Shown piece by piece: positions 18,528 to 26,533 of a DNA stretch of 55,187 nucleotides. The notes under the pieces are model-generated. The model saw nothing but the letters and a program-made list of their open reading frames with translations. It had not been told where the DNA came from and ran no database searches. Source of the DNA: Clostridia bacterium (GTDB lineage: Bacteria > Bacillota > Clostridia > Oscillospirales > CAG-272); assembly GCA_017463765.1 (NCBI GenBank), contig JAFTON010000098.1:1-55187 (forward strand), written 5' to 3'. Made by a program: the position numbers and the translations under genes. The number at the start of each line of letters is the position of its first letter. Within the stretch, counting starts at the first letter, position 1.

Positions 18528-19484
18528 TCAATTGCGACCCGACTTCATAGCCACGGCGCGCTTCGCCTTATCGGCAATATTACCTGCAGTAAGTCCGTAA
18601 AGCTCCAGCAGCTCGGGAACCTGTCCACTTCTGCCAAAGCTATCCTCAACTCCCACACGGAGAACCGGGACGGGATATCTCTCACAGACCGACTCGCATA
18701 CTGCTGCACCGAGGCCACCGATTACGCTATGCTCCTCAGCAGTGACAACTGCACCCGTCTTTCTCGCAGACCTCTCAATAAGCTCTGCATCAAGAGGCTT
18801 TATTGTATGAATATTGATAACCTCAGCCGAGATGCCCTCACCGGCTAGTATATCTGCTGCCTCTAGTGCAAGATGAACCATATATCCGTTTGCAATAATG
18901 CTGACGTCACTTCCCTCTCTGTAGGTAACACCCTTACCTATCTCAAACTTATAGTCGGGAATAAGCTCGGGAGTAAGATTCGGAACGGCGTATCTGCCGA
19001 AGCGAAGATAGCAGGGACCTTCATAATTAAGAACTGCTTCAATTGCTGCATATGCCTCGGTAACGTCTGCAGGACAGATCACCGTCATGCCCGGAATTGT
19101 ACGCATAAGCGCAAGATCCTCGCTGCACTGGTGTGTAGCACCGTCCTCGCCAACTGTGATGCTGGCGTGAGTACCAACTATATTTACGTTAAGGTGTGGA
19201 TAGCCGATAGAGTTCCTGATCTGCTCGAACGATCTGCCTGCTGCAAACATAGCAAAGGATGCAGCAAAGACCTTTCTGCCAGTGGAAGCAATTCCTGCTG
19301 CCACGCCCATCATATTTCCCTCTGCTATACCACAGTCGAAAAATCTGTCGGGAAACTTCTTCTTGAACATGCCCGTCTTGGTAGCTGCAGCAAGGTCAGC
19401 ATCAAGCACGAGGAAGTCGTATTTTTCACCAAGCTCAGCAAGTGCTGCGCCGAAGCCCTCTCTGGTTGCCTTCTTTTCTGCCAT
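18528..19484 (-). CDS. transketolase, C-terminal subunit
   Basis: ATREGFG, GIAEGNM, GEDGATHQ, AEEHSVIGGLG; ATG 19484 chosen from RBS spacing. Confidence 0.92.
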   Translation of the reverse strand: MAEKKATREGFGAALAELGEKYDFLVLDADLAAATKTGMFKKKFPDRFFDCGIAEGNMMGVAAGIASTGRKVFAASFAMFAAGRSFEQIRNSIGYPHLNVNIVGTHASITVGEDGATHQCSEDLALMRTIPGMTVICPADVTEAYAAIEAVLNYEGPCYLRFGRYAVPNLTPELIPDYKFEIGKGVTYREGSDVSIIANGYMVHLALEAADILAGEGISAEVINIHTIKPLDAELIERSARKTGAVVTAEEHSVIGGLGAAVCESVCERYPVPVLRVGVEDSFGRSGQVPELLELYGLTAGNIADKAKRAVAMKSGRN

Positions 19485-19496
19485 ACTATTCACCCC

Positions 19497-20336
19497 TTAC
19501 TTAAGCGTTTCTGCGATTGCCTCAAGGTCGCTGATTGCAACCTTGTAAAGATCCTCTTTGGGAGCCTGGCCATGCCATTCACAAGCGTTTTCCATATAGG
19601 AAACGCCCTTACCCTTAACCGATTTTGCAATAATAACGGTAGGCTTATCCTCTACTTTTCTCGCCTCGGCAAAGGCAGCCTCTATCTGATTAAAATCATG
19701 AGCATCTATGGTAATAACATGCCAACCGAATGCAAGGAACTTTTCATCATGGGGAGTGGGATTCATAACCTCAGTGATCGGACCGTCGATCTGAAGTCCG
19801 TTAAGGTCTAAAATCGCCACAAGATTATCAAGCTTATAATGTGCAGCAAACATAGCTGCCTCCCAAACCTGACCCTCCTCGCTCTCACCGTCGCCGAGTA
19901 CGGTGTATACCCGGAATGGACTGCCCGAAAGCTTAGATGACAATGCCATACCACAAGCTGCAGATATGCCCTGACCAAGAGAGCCTGTACTCATATCAAC
20001 ACCGGGCACACCCTTCATATCAGGATGTCCCTGCAGATATGATGCAGTCTTACGAAGGGTCTTCAAATCCTCTCGGGGAAAATATCCACGCTCTGCAAGG
20101 GTTGCATAAAGAGCAGGTGCAGTGTGTCCCTTAGAGAGAACAAATCTGTCACGGTTCTCCCCCTTCGGATTCTCGGGGTCGATATTCATCTCCTCAAAGT
20201 AAAGGTATGTCATGATATCGGCAATCGAAAGAGATCCACCGGGATGACCACATTTAGCGTTATAAACAGACTCAATTATGTCTATGCGTATCTGATTTGC
20301 AATACGCTTAAGATTAATCTGCTTTGATTGTTCCAT
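19497..20336 (-). CDS. transketolase, N-terminal (TPP-binding) subunit
   Basis: GHPGGSLS, LSKGH, LQGHP, STGSLGQG, GDGESEEGQVWEA. Confidence 0.93.
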   Translation of the reverse strand: MEQSKQINLKRIANQIRIDIIESVYNAKCGHPGGSLSIADIMTYLYFEEMNIDPENPKGENRDRFVLSKGHTAPALYATLAERGYFPREDLKTLRKTASYLQGHPDMKGVPGVDMSTGSLGQGISAACGMALSSKLSGSPFRVYTVLGDGESEEGQVWEAAMFAAHYKLDNLVAILDLNGLQIDGPITEVMNPTPHDEKFLAFGWHVITIDAHDFNQIEAAFAEARKVEDKPTVIIAKSVKGKGVSYMENACEWHGQAPKEDLYKVAISDLEAIAETLK

Positions 20337-20469
20337 AAAACACTCCTAATTAATTCTTATCACCCAATATTTTACTACAAAAAATAATAATTGTCAATAT
20401 TAATTAATACTTTAATAAATAGATTTTAAAAGAGTTTAACATTGGGTTCATATTTGGGGAAGGGATAAT

Positions 20470-20494
20470 AAAAAAGGACGCATTTTCTGCGTCC
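20470..20494 (-). terminator. intrinsic terminator of XRE gene
   Basis: GGACGCA/TGCGTCC stem followed by T-run on the minus strand. Confidence 0.65.
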
Positions 20495-20505
20495 ACTTTA
20501 CACAA

Positions 20506-20709
20506 TTATTTATCACTCATACCAACGAAGTAATCAGCACTGACACCGTAGAATTTACAAAGCTTTATCATATCATCAATCTTAAGCTCTGCTCTCCCCT
20601 CCTCAATGTGGCTATACCCCTGTTGCGACTTGTTAATGACCTTTCCAACCTCACGCTGCGTTAGGTCTTTGTCCTCGCGTAAATTGCGCATTCTAATTCG
20701 ATAATCCAT
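20506..20709 (-). CDS. XRE/Cro-C1 helix-turn-helix regulator (67 aa)
   Basis: RMRNLREDKDLTQREVG...YSHIEEGRAEL...LCKFYGVSADYFVG; AGGAGG RBS. Confidence 0.9.
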   Translation of the reverse strand: MDYRIRMRNLREDKDLTQREVGKVINKSQQGYSHIEEGRAELKIDDMIKLCKFYGVSADYFVGMSDK

Positions 20710-20752
20710 GATAAACCTCCTACCATATTAATTATGCGTAAAAAGTGTATCA

Positions 20753-20798
20753 TACTCACAATTTGAGTATTGACATTTACTCAATTATTGAGTATAAT
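20753..20798 (+). promoter_or_regulatory. consensus sigma-A promoter overlapped by two TACTCA-N5-TGAGTA palindromes
   Basis: TTGACA 20770-20775, 17 nt, TATAAT 20793-20798; palindromes at 20753-20769 and 20778-20794. Confidence 0.85.
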
Positions 20799-20844
20799 TA
20801 TCTTATGGCAAAGCCAAAAAAAACAATATGGAGGTTTTTATAAC

Positions 20845-23800
20845 ATGAAAAAAAGAATAATGATTGTTTTTATTATTATCCTTACACTGACTTTTGTCTC
20901 TTGCGATATTATTAAAGATAATCTAACCACTGACGGAACAAAAGGATTACCCGCACCAACAGAATTGCGTGTAGAGGAAGGGTACATTATTTGGAATCCT
21001 GTAGAATTTGCCATTAAATATACAATTTGCATTGACGGAAGAGAGTATTTTTGCGATGAAAACAAATATCCTCTCTCCAACATTAAAGACGGTGAACACA
21101 TCGTAAAAGCGAAAGCAAACGGAGATGGGATAATATACGATACCTCTCCTTTTTCGGAAGAGTTTAAAATAAATATTGTTGAGGGAGCTCTTGCAAATAC
21201 AGGTTTTTATTCACAGTTTGATGAGCTAACAATGCAAGAATCATTTCTCGGTTACGGTTTTGATGTAATAAATTCTTCTGTACTTTATGACAAGGTTGTA
21301 AAAACGTCTTCTCCAATATTCAACACCGATGAGTTGATGAATCTTAGACTATTAAAAGTAGATTCAAAAAGCAGTTCTGTTTCTGAGGTACAAAGCGAAG
21401 AAATTGATTCCTTTATGGAAGAGTGGAATTCCAGTCTAAATGTAAAAGTTTCTTGGGGCAGAAAAAAGATAGGTGGAAGTGTAAAAGTTAACACCGCATT
21501 TTCAGGAGGAAGCTCTACTGCAAAATCGAAATACTTCCACTGTATTACTTTTAATAATCAAAAATTTTACATTGTAATGCAAGGAACGACAGACGAGTAT
21601 AGATCCATGCTTTCTAATGGATTTGAAAAGGATTTATATTCAGATATGTCTCCGGCAGAATTATTCAATAAATATGGAACTCATTTTATTACCAGTGCCA
21701 TTATGGGTGGTAAAATAAACTCCTATTATCTCTACACAAGCGAAAAAGAAACAAGTTTTTACGACATTAGTACCCGTGTATCCACCAGCGTCCGTGCATG
21801 GGCAGCAAAAACAAACGTTTCTGTCAACGGTGGATATAAAACAGAAGCCGAAAGTCAAAGTATATATATAAAAAACACTCTCGAAATTCTCGGTGGAGGA
21901 GATTTTGGCTTTAAAAGCGACGAAGATATTAATAGATACTACGCCGATTGGGAGAAATCATTGAACGATCACCCTTCTTTAATAGGAATCAAAGACTCTG
22001 GATCGCTTTGGCCAATTTGGGATTTGATAGATCCAAGTAAAGATACCCGAAGTGATTATACTTGGATTGATGAAAACGGAGAGGAACGTACCGGGTCACG
22101 AGCACAGCAACTTCAAGGTTATTTTATGAAATACGGTGTTGACAATTACAACATACTTGCGGCAAACGCAGGGATACCGGAGATTATTCAACCAGAATCG
22201 ATAAATAATATACTTGTTAATGGGAAAGAACCTATCAACGGTGTATATGAGGTGTTTGCAGGAGCAAGCAATCGCATTACATTTAGTGTTACACCTGAAA
22301 CCGCTGTTGGATATAGCAAAAATATCAGACTTAGCGCACCTAGCAACTATGCCTCGATAAGCGATGACAATACAGAAATTATTATTGAGTCGTTCACTCC
22401 TGCAAACGAAGTAATTAGTATAGTTGTTTCCGCTGGAGATGTAAAGGAAACAATAAAAGTAAAAGTAATAAAAACATATAACGTTGATTTCGTAACAAGC
22501 TTTGACGATGTAACTGTCGAAAATCCTTATAAGTATCAAGGATTGAACTATGGATACCAGATTATCACCCCACCAACACTTTTAAATATGCCTATTGAAT
22601 ACAATCTCGTAGGCTGGTATAAAGATCCTTATTTCATAGAAGAATTTTTATTTGGAATCGATCCAGTGGTTGACAACATAACCTTGTACGCAAAATGGGA
22701 AATAAAAAGCTCGTCAATTCATTTTGTAACAAATATTTCTACTTATGAAATTGATCCAATTAAAGTAAACTTTGGAGAACAAATACAGTTCAACTTAGAG
22801 CCTTCTTTCGACGGGTATATCTTCAATGGATTCTATTCAGATAAACAATTAACTCAACCATTTGATTTCAACACAGCCATTTATCAAGATACAAGTATTT
22901 ACTTGAAATGGAGTTTCGAAGTATATTCGATATTCTTTAAGGTTGATGGGGAAACCGTATACACAGATACTTATTCAATAAATGATAAAAATGTTTTGCT
23001 TCCCGACGTTCCTGCTAAATTAGGTTATTTTGGTGTATGGGAATCTTTCGAACTAACATCTGGTGATATTATTGTTAATGCAATATATGAAGAAAAAGAA
23101 ACTTATACTGTAATCTTCAAAAACAATGAAAGTATAATAAAAACAGAAACATATAATGCTGATATAGGAATAACGTTGCCTACCTTAATCGATGAAAAAT
23201 ATCCAATGTATAATCATTTTTTAGGCTGGTACGAAAATGATAAGCCGTTTGTAAACGATATAGCCACAAATCCCAGGGATCTTGTTCTTAATGCGCATTG
23301 GAATCTTTGCACGGTTTATACCGATATGGCATCAACAAGTCACAACGTTAATAACCGTGTTATCATTGATTGGCGCAACGAAGTATTTACTGATTTTGAA
23401 GAAGCTACAGGAAGCTCTATAATTACAGTAAACAATACTTCATCCGAACTAATTTTGATTGGCAATCCCGATGTAGTTTATTCTAATCTTGCTATTAACT
23501 TCGCAGATTTTGAAGAAAATCAAGAGTTTACGCTGCGTTTTATTGATTTCAACTTTATAACCAATCAATCAGATGCTATCAAGCCTGTTGACACTGATGA
23601 CGGAATGATTCTTTTTATCGAAGCAACTGGTAAATGCTCAATTGAAACTACTTATGCAGGTGGTAATATTATTACAGGCTTTATCAACACCGTAAACCTA
23701 AGCGGTGACGGCGAGATGATTATTACTGCAGGTGATGGAGCAAACGGGGCAAAAGGATGGACTCCAGGAAAAAGTGATACCGGAAACGGTGGAACAGGAG

Positions 23801-24267
23801 GCACTGGCAACTCAGGAGGAACAGGTATCTCCTGCAATAATGTTGTTTTCGGTTCAAATATTACAATAACCATATATGCAGGAGATGGAGGCCGTGGCGG
23901 AAATGGCGGAAACTCAGTAAATAAATACTGGGGATCTGAAAACGATGGTGGAACCGGTGGTGCCGGTGGCACTGGTGGTATTGCGGTGAAAGCTGTAACC
24001 ATGATTGTTAATGATACTGCAACCGTTTCATTATATGGTGGTAATGGCGGAAACGGCGGCTCTGGAGGATATAGGGATACTAGATTTGGTAATGGTAATC
24101 TTGGATCTGGAGGATCAGGAGGAAATGGTAACACTGCTATTTCCTCAGATACAGAAATAATTGGATCTCCAATTGTCAACAATGGTACATCGGGTTCTTC
24201 TGGTAGTATCGGAGGAAATTGGCACAGTCAAGATGATTATTACAACACATATTATTGGTGGAATTGA
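20845..24267 (+). CDS. MACPF (perforin-like) domain lipoprotein with InlB-B/Listeria-Bacteroides-type repeats and Gly-rich C-terminus
   Basis: GGAGG RBS and ATG 20845; signal peptide ending FVS-C; LGYGFDV and signature YGTHFITSAIMGG (21673-21711); GWY..D...F.F...V..NITLYAKW repeats; GGxGG repeats at the end. Confidence 0.85.
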   Translation: MKKRIMIVFIIILTLTFVSCDIIKDNLTTDGTKGLPAPTELRVEEGYIIWNPVEFAIKYTICIDGREYFCDENKYPLSNIKDGEHIVKAKANGDGIIYDTSPFSEEFKINIVEGALANTGFYSQFDELTMQESFLGYGFDVINSSVLYDKVVKTSSPIFNTDELMNLRLLKVDSKSSSVSEVQSEEIDSFMEEWNSSLNVKVSWGRKKIGGSVKVNTAFSGGSSTAKSKYFHCITFNNQKFYIVMQGTTDEYRSMLSNGFEKDLYSDMSPAELFNKYGTHFITSAIMGGKINSYYLYTSEKETSFYDISTRVSTSVRAWAAKTNVSVNGGYKTEAESQSIYIKNTLEILGGGDFGFKSDEDINRYYADWEKSLNDHPSLIGIKDSGSLWPIWDLIDPSKDTRSDYTWIDENGEERTGSRAQQLQGYFMKYGVDNYNILAANAGIPEIIQPESINNILVNGKEPINGVYEVFAGASNRITFSVTPETAVGYSKNIRLSAPSNYASISDDNTEIIIESFTPANEVISIVVSAGDVKETIKVKVIKTYNVDFVTSFDDVTVENPYKYQGLNYGYQIITPPTLLNMPIEYNLVGWYKDPYFIEEFLFGIDPVVDNITLYAKWEIKSSSIHFVTNISTYEIDPIKVNFGEQIQFNLEPSFDGYIFNGFYSDKQLTQPFDFNTAIYQDTSIYLKWSFEVYSIFFKVDGETVYTDTYSINDKNVLLPDVPAKLGYFGVWESFELTSGDIIVNAIYEEKETYTVIFKNNESIIKTETYNADIGITLPTLIDEKYPMYNHFLGWYENDKPFVNDIATNPRDLVLNAHWNLCTVYTDMASTSHNVNNRVIIDWRNEVFTDFEEATGSSIITVNNTSSELILIGNPDVVYSNLAINFADFEENQEFTLRFIDFNFITNQSDAIKPVDTDDGMILFIEATGKCSIETTYAGGNIITGFINTVNLSGDGEMIITAGDGANGAKGWTPGKSDTGNGGTGGTGNSGGTGISCNNVVFGSNITITIYAGDGGRGGNGGNSVNKYWGSENDGGTGGAGGTGGIAVKAVTMIVNDTATVSLYGGNGGNGGSGGYRDTRFGNGNLGSGGSGGNGNTAISSDTEIIGSPIVNNGTSGSSGSIGGNWHSQDDYYNTYYWWN

Positions 24268-24294
24268 TGTAACCATTAAACTACTATAAAATAT

Positions 24295-24349
24295 AAAAAA
24301 AGCTCACTATGAAACGGCTGTTTAAGTTCGCTTCATAGTGAGCCTTTTT
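24295..24349. terminator. bidirectional terminator-like inverted repeat
   Basis: GCTCACTATGAA (24302-24313) / TTCATAGTGAGC (24332-24343) flanked by A-run and T-run. Confidence 0.7.
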
Positions 24350-24815
24350 CAAGTTTGGGGTATAGGTTGTAGGTTTCTTTGCCGAGGGTGGTGGCGATGC
24401 GAAGGGTTTGGGAGGAGCCGCTGCGGGCGTGGCCGACGTAACCGATCATGATGTCACACTGCTCTGCCATCGCCTGATTGCGACGTTTCATGCAGTTTTT
24501 GTCATAGACTTCGGATATGTACGTTACCTCGTCGGCAGAGGCGAGGACGTAGTCGTAAGAATCACGCTGGCGAGCCGTCCAGGAGGCGTCCTGGTCAAGA
24601 CAAGGCAGGAAAAGAATAAGCGAGACGTCGGGATGGCTTAAGCGAAAGCGAATAACCTCTCTCGCTGCCTCGGTATCAAAGCCGATAGCACCACCGGTAA
24701 TAAATCTTCGACAGCCTTTATTATAAGCGTAGCCTATGGCTCTCTGAAGAAGGTTCGACAGCTCTGCCTTATGCCCATATTTAATATTTCTATGTCCCGT
24801 AAAAGCGCAGGTCAT
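24333..24815 (-). CDS. SLOG-superfamily DUF1273/YpsA-like protein
   Basis: CAFTGHR, FITGGAIGFD, CMKRRNQAM; GGAGG RBS. Confidence 0.85.
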   Translation of the reverse strand: MTCAFTGHRNIKYGHKAELSNLLQRAIGYAYNKGCRRFITGGAIGFDTEAAREVIRFRLSHPDVSLILFLPCLDQDASWTARQRDSYDYVLASADEVTYISEVYDKNCMKRRNQAMAEQCDIMIGYVGHARSGSSQTLRIATTLGKETYNLYPKLEKGSL

Positions 24816-24915
24816 ATTCTACCTCCCATCGTGTTTCGTTATAAAAATATTTTAGCAGTTTCGTATAAAAAAGTCAAGGAAAACATAGTTAAAACAAACA
24901 TTTTAGTAAAAAGAC

Positions 24916-24944
24916 TTGACTTTTACAGGATAATATGTTATTAT
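24916..24944 (+). promoter_or_regulatory. sigma-A promoter of the leader/CorC unit
   Basis: TTGACT-17 nt-TATTAT with TG extension. Confidence 0.6.
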
Positions 24945-24988
24945 AATTAGCGTATAATGCCTTAGGGCAATTTTATTTTGGAGGAAAT

Positions 24989-25051
24989 ATGGACGACGGA
25001 GACGGGTACGATTGTTTCAGTACCGTAAAATACGTTTATATTCAGGCTTAG
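24989..25051 (+). CDS. putative 20-aa leader peptide MDDGDGYDCFSTVKYVYIQA
   Basis: GGAGG RBS just upstream of ATG 24989; TAG at 25049-25051 lies in the 5' arm of a terminator-like hairpin. Confidence 0.55.
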   Translation: MDDGDGYDCFSTVKYVYIQA

Positions 25052-25089
25052 CCGCGCTTTTTTCAGGGGTACGGTTATGCCTTTTTTTG
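25045..25089 (+). terminator. leader terminator (possible attenuator)
   Basis: GGCTTAGCCGCGC pairs with GTACGGTTATGCC (G-U pairs, two mismatches), followed by T7. Confidence 0.55.
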
Positions 25090-25169
25090 CTGTTTTTTCC
25101 AAAGTAAATATTCATTTTTTCATACTGAAAAATCTTTTTTGAAAGGTAGAGTTTAAAAGAAAACAAATC

Positions 25170-26447
25170 ATGGAAATTCACATAATAATCATAGTTGTCT
25201 GTGTATTTTTATCTGCGTACTTCTCGGCAACCGAGACAGCTTTTTCCACATACAACCGTATCAGAGTAAAGAATATGGCAGAGAAAGGAAACAAGAAGGC
25301 TGCTCTGGCTCTGAAGCTGTCGGATAACTACGATTCACTAATTTCTACAATACTTATAGGAAACAATATAGTAAACATTCTTGCTTCCTCTATGGGCGCG
25401 CTGGTATGTGCAAATCTGATTCAAAACAAAGATTTTGCTTCTGCTGTAAACACGGCAGTTCTTACGGTTGTAATTCTTATTTTTGGAGAGATATCGCCTA
25501 AAACAATGGCGAAGAACAACTCAGAGACGTTCGTTCTCTTCTCTGCACCGATAATTAACGTGTTGCGAATTGTTCTCTTCCCTCTTATTTTCGTGTTTAA
25601 CGGCTGGCAGAAACTGCTTGCTAAGATATTCAAGAAGAGTGAAGATCAGGGTATGACAGAAGAGGAGCTTATCTCTATTATTGAAGAAGCAGAAGAAGAT
25701 GGCGATATAGATAAGGAGGAAAGCGACCTTATCAAGAGTGCGATCGAATTCGGTGATCTTGAGGTTGGTGACATCTTTACCCCCAGAATCGACATCACTG
25801 CGCTTCCCGTAGGTGCAAGCAAGGACACCGTTGCAAAGGTGTTTGCAGAATCGGGATATTCACGACTCCCTGTTTATGACGAAAGCATTGATAACATTGT
25901 CGGTATTCTTTATTACAAGGACTTTTATGCAGTCGCATACAAGGCGAACGTTCCTCTACACGAGATTATTAAGCCTGTAATTTACGTTGCAATCACACAA
26001 CCTGTAAACGAGCTTATGAAGGAGCTTCAGGAAAAGCAGCTTCACATGGCTGTTGTTACAGACGAATTTGGTTCGACTGCCGGTATCGTTACGCTCGAGG
26101 ATATTCTTGAGGAAATTGTTGGCGAAATCTGGGACGAGCACGACGAGATTGTTGAGGAGATCAAGGAGGTTGGCGAGAAGGAATACGTTGTTTCCGGAAA
26201 AGCCAATATTGAAAACCTGTTCTCCGAGCTTGATCTTGATCAGGAGATCGAGTCGGTTACCGTTGGTGGCTGGGCTATGGAGGTGCTCGGAAAAATTCCC
26301 GAGGTTGGTGACAGCTTTGAGGAATACGGTCTCGCTGTTGAGGTTACTGAAATGGATGGCAGACGAGTTGAAAGCGTGCATGTCTGCGACAGAAGAGACG
26401 AAGAAAGCAATGAAGAAAATAACGATGGCAAAAATGATGAAGATTGA
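25170..26447 (+). CDS. HlyC/CorC (CNNM) family membrane protein, putative Mg2+/Co2+ transporter
   Basis: FSATETAF, ILIGNNIVN, FGEISPK, CBS pair (GYSRLPVY, DEFGSTAGIVTLEDILEEIVGEI), C-terminal CorC domain. Confidence 0.92.
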   Translation: MEIHIIIIVVCVFLSAYFSATETAFSTYNRIRVKNMAEKGNKKAALALKLSDNYDSLISTILIGNNIVNILASSMGALVCANLIQNKDFASAVNTAVLTVVILIFGEISPKTMAKNNSETFVLFSAPIINVLRIVLFPLIFVFNGWQKLLAKIFKKSEDQGMTEEELISIIEEAEEDGDIDKEESDLIKSAIEFGDLEVGDIFTPRIDITALPVGASKDTVAKVFAESGYSRLPVYDESIDNIVGILYYKDFYAVAYKANVPLHEIIKPVIYVAITQPVNELMKELQEKQLHMAVVTDEFGSTAGIVTLEDILEEIVGEIWDEHDEIVEEIKEVGEKEYVVSGKANIENLFSELDLDQEIESVTVGGWAMEVLGKIPEVGDSFEEYGLAVEVTEMDGRRVESVHVCDRRDEESNEENNDGKNDED

Positions 26448-26499
26448 TAATATCCAGTCTTTTTGATGATTTTTGACAATATTACTTTACATTTATAGT

Positions 26500-26533
26500 A
26501 GAAAACGGCGATGTTTTTCGCCGTTTTCTTTTT
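26500..26533. terminator. bidirectional terminator
   Basis: AGAAAACGGCGA / TCGCCGTTTTCT stem followed by T-run. Confidence 0.78.

Noticed and set aside
270-19811. Numerous 60-310 aa ORFs antisense or out of frame to housekeeping genes
   Set aside because: They overlap well-supported genes and lack RBSs and protein-like motifs.
20770-20844. TTG-start extension of the MACPF ORF
   Set aside because: The TTG is the -35 hexamer of the promoter; ATG 20845 has a GGAGG RBS and begins the signal peptide.
20506-24815. Prophage or defence island interpretation of XRE + MACPF + SLOG gene
   Set aside because: No integrase, phage structural genes or att-like repeats; the DUF1273 gene is convergent, has its own upstream region and a more host-like composition.
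25170-26447. Hemolysin call for the HlyC/CorC gene, as a partner toxin to MACPF
   Set aside because: The family name is historical; the DUF21-CBS-CorC architecture indicates a divalent-cation transporter.
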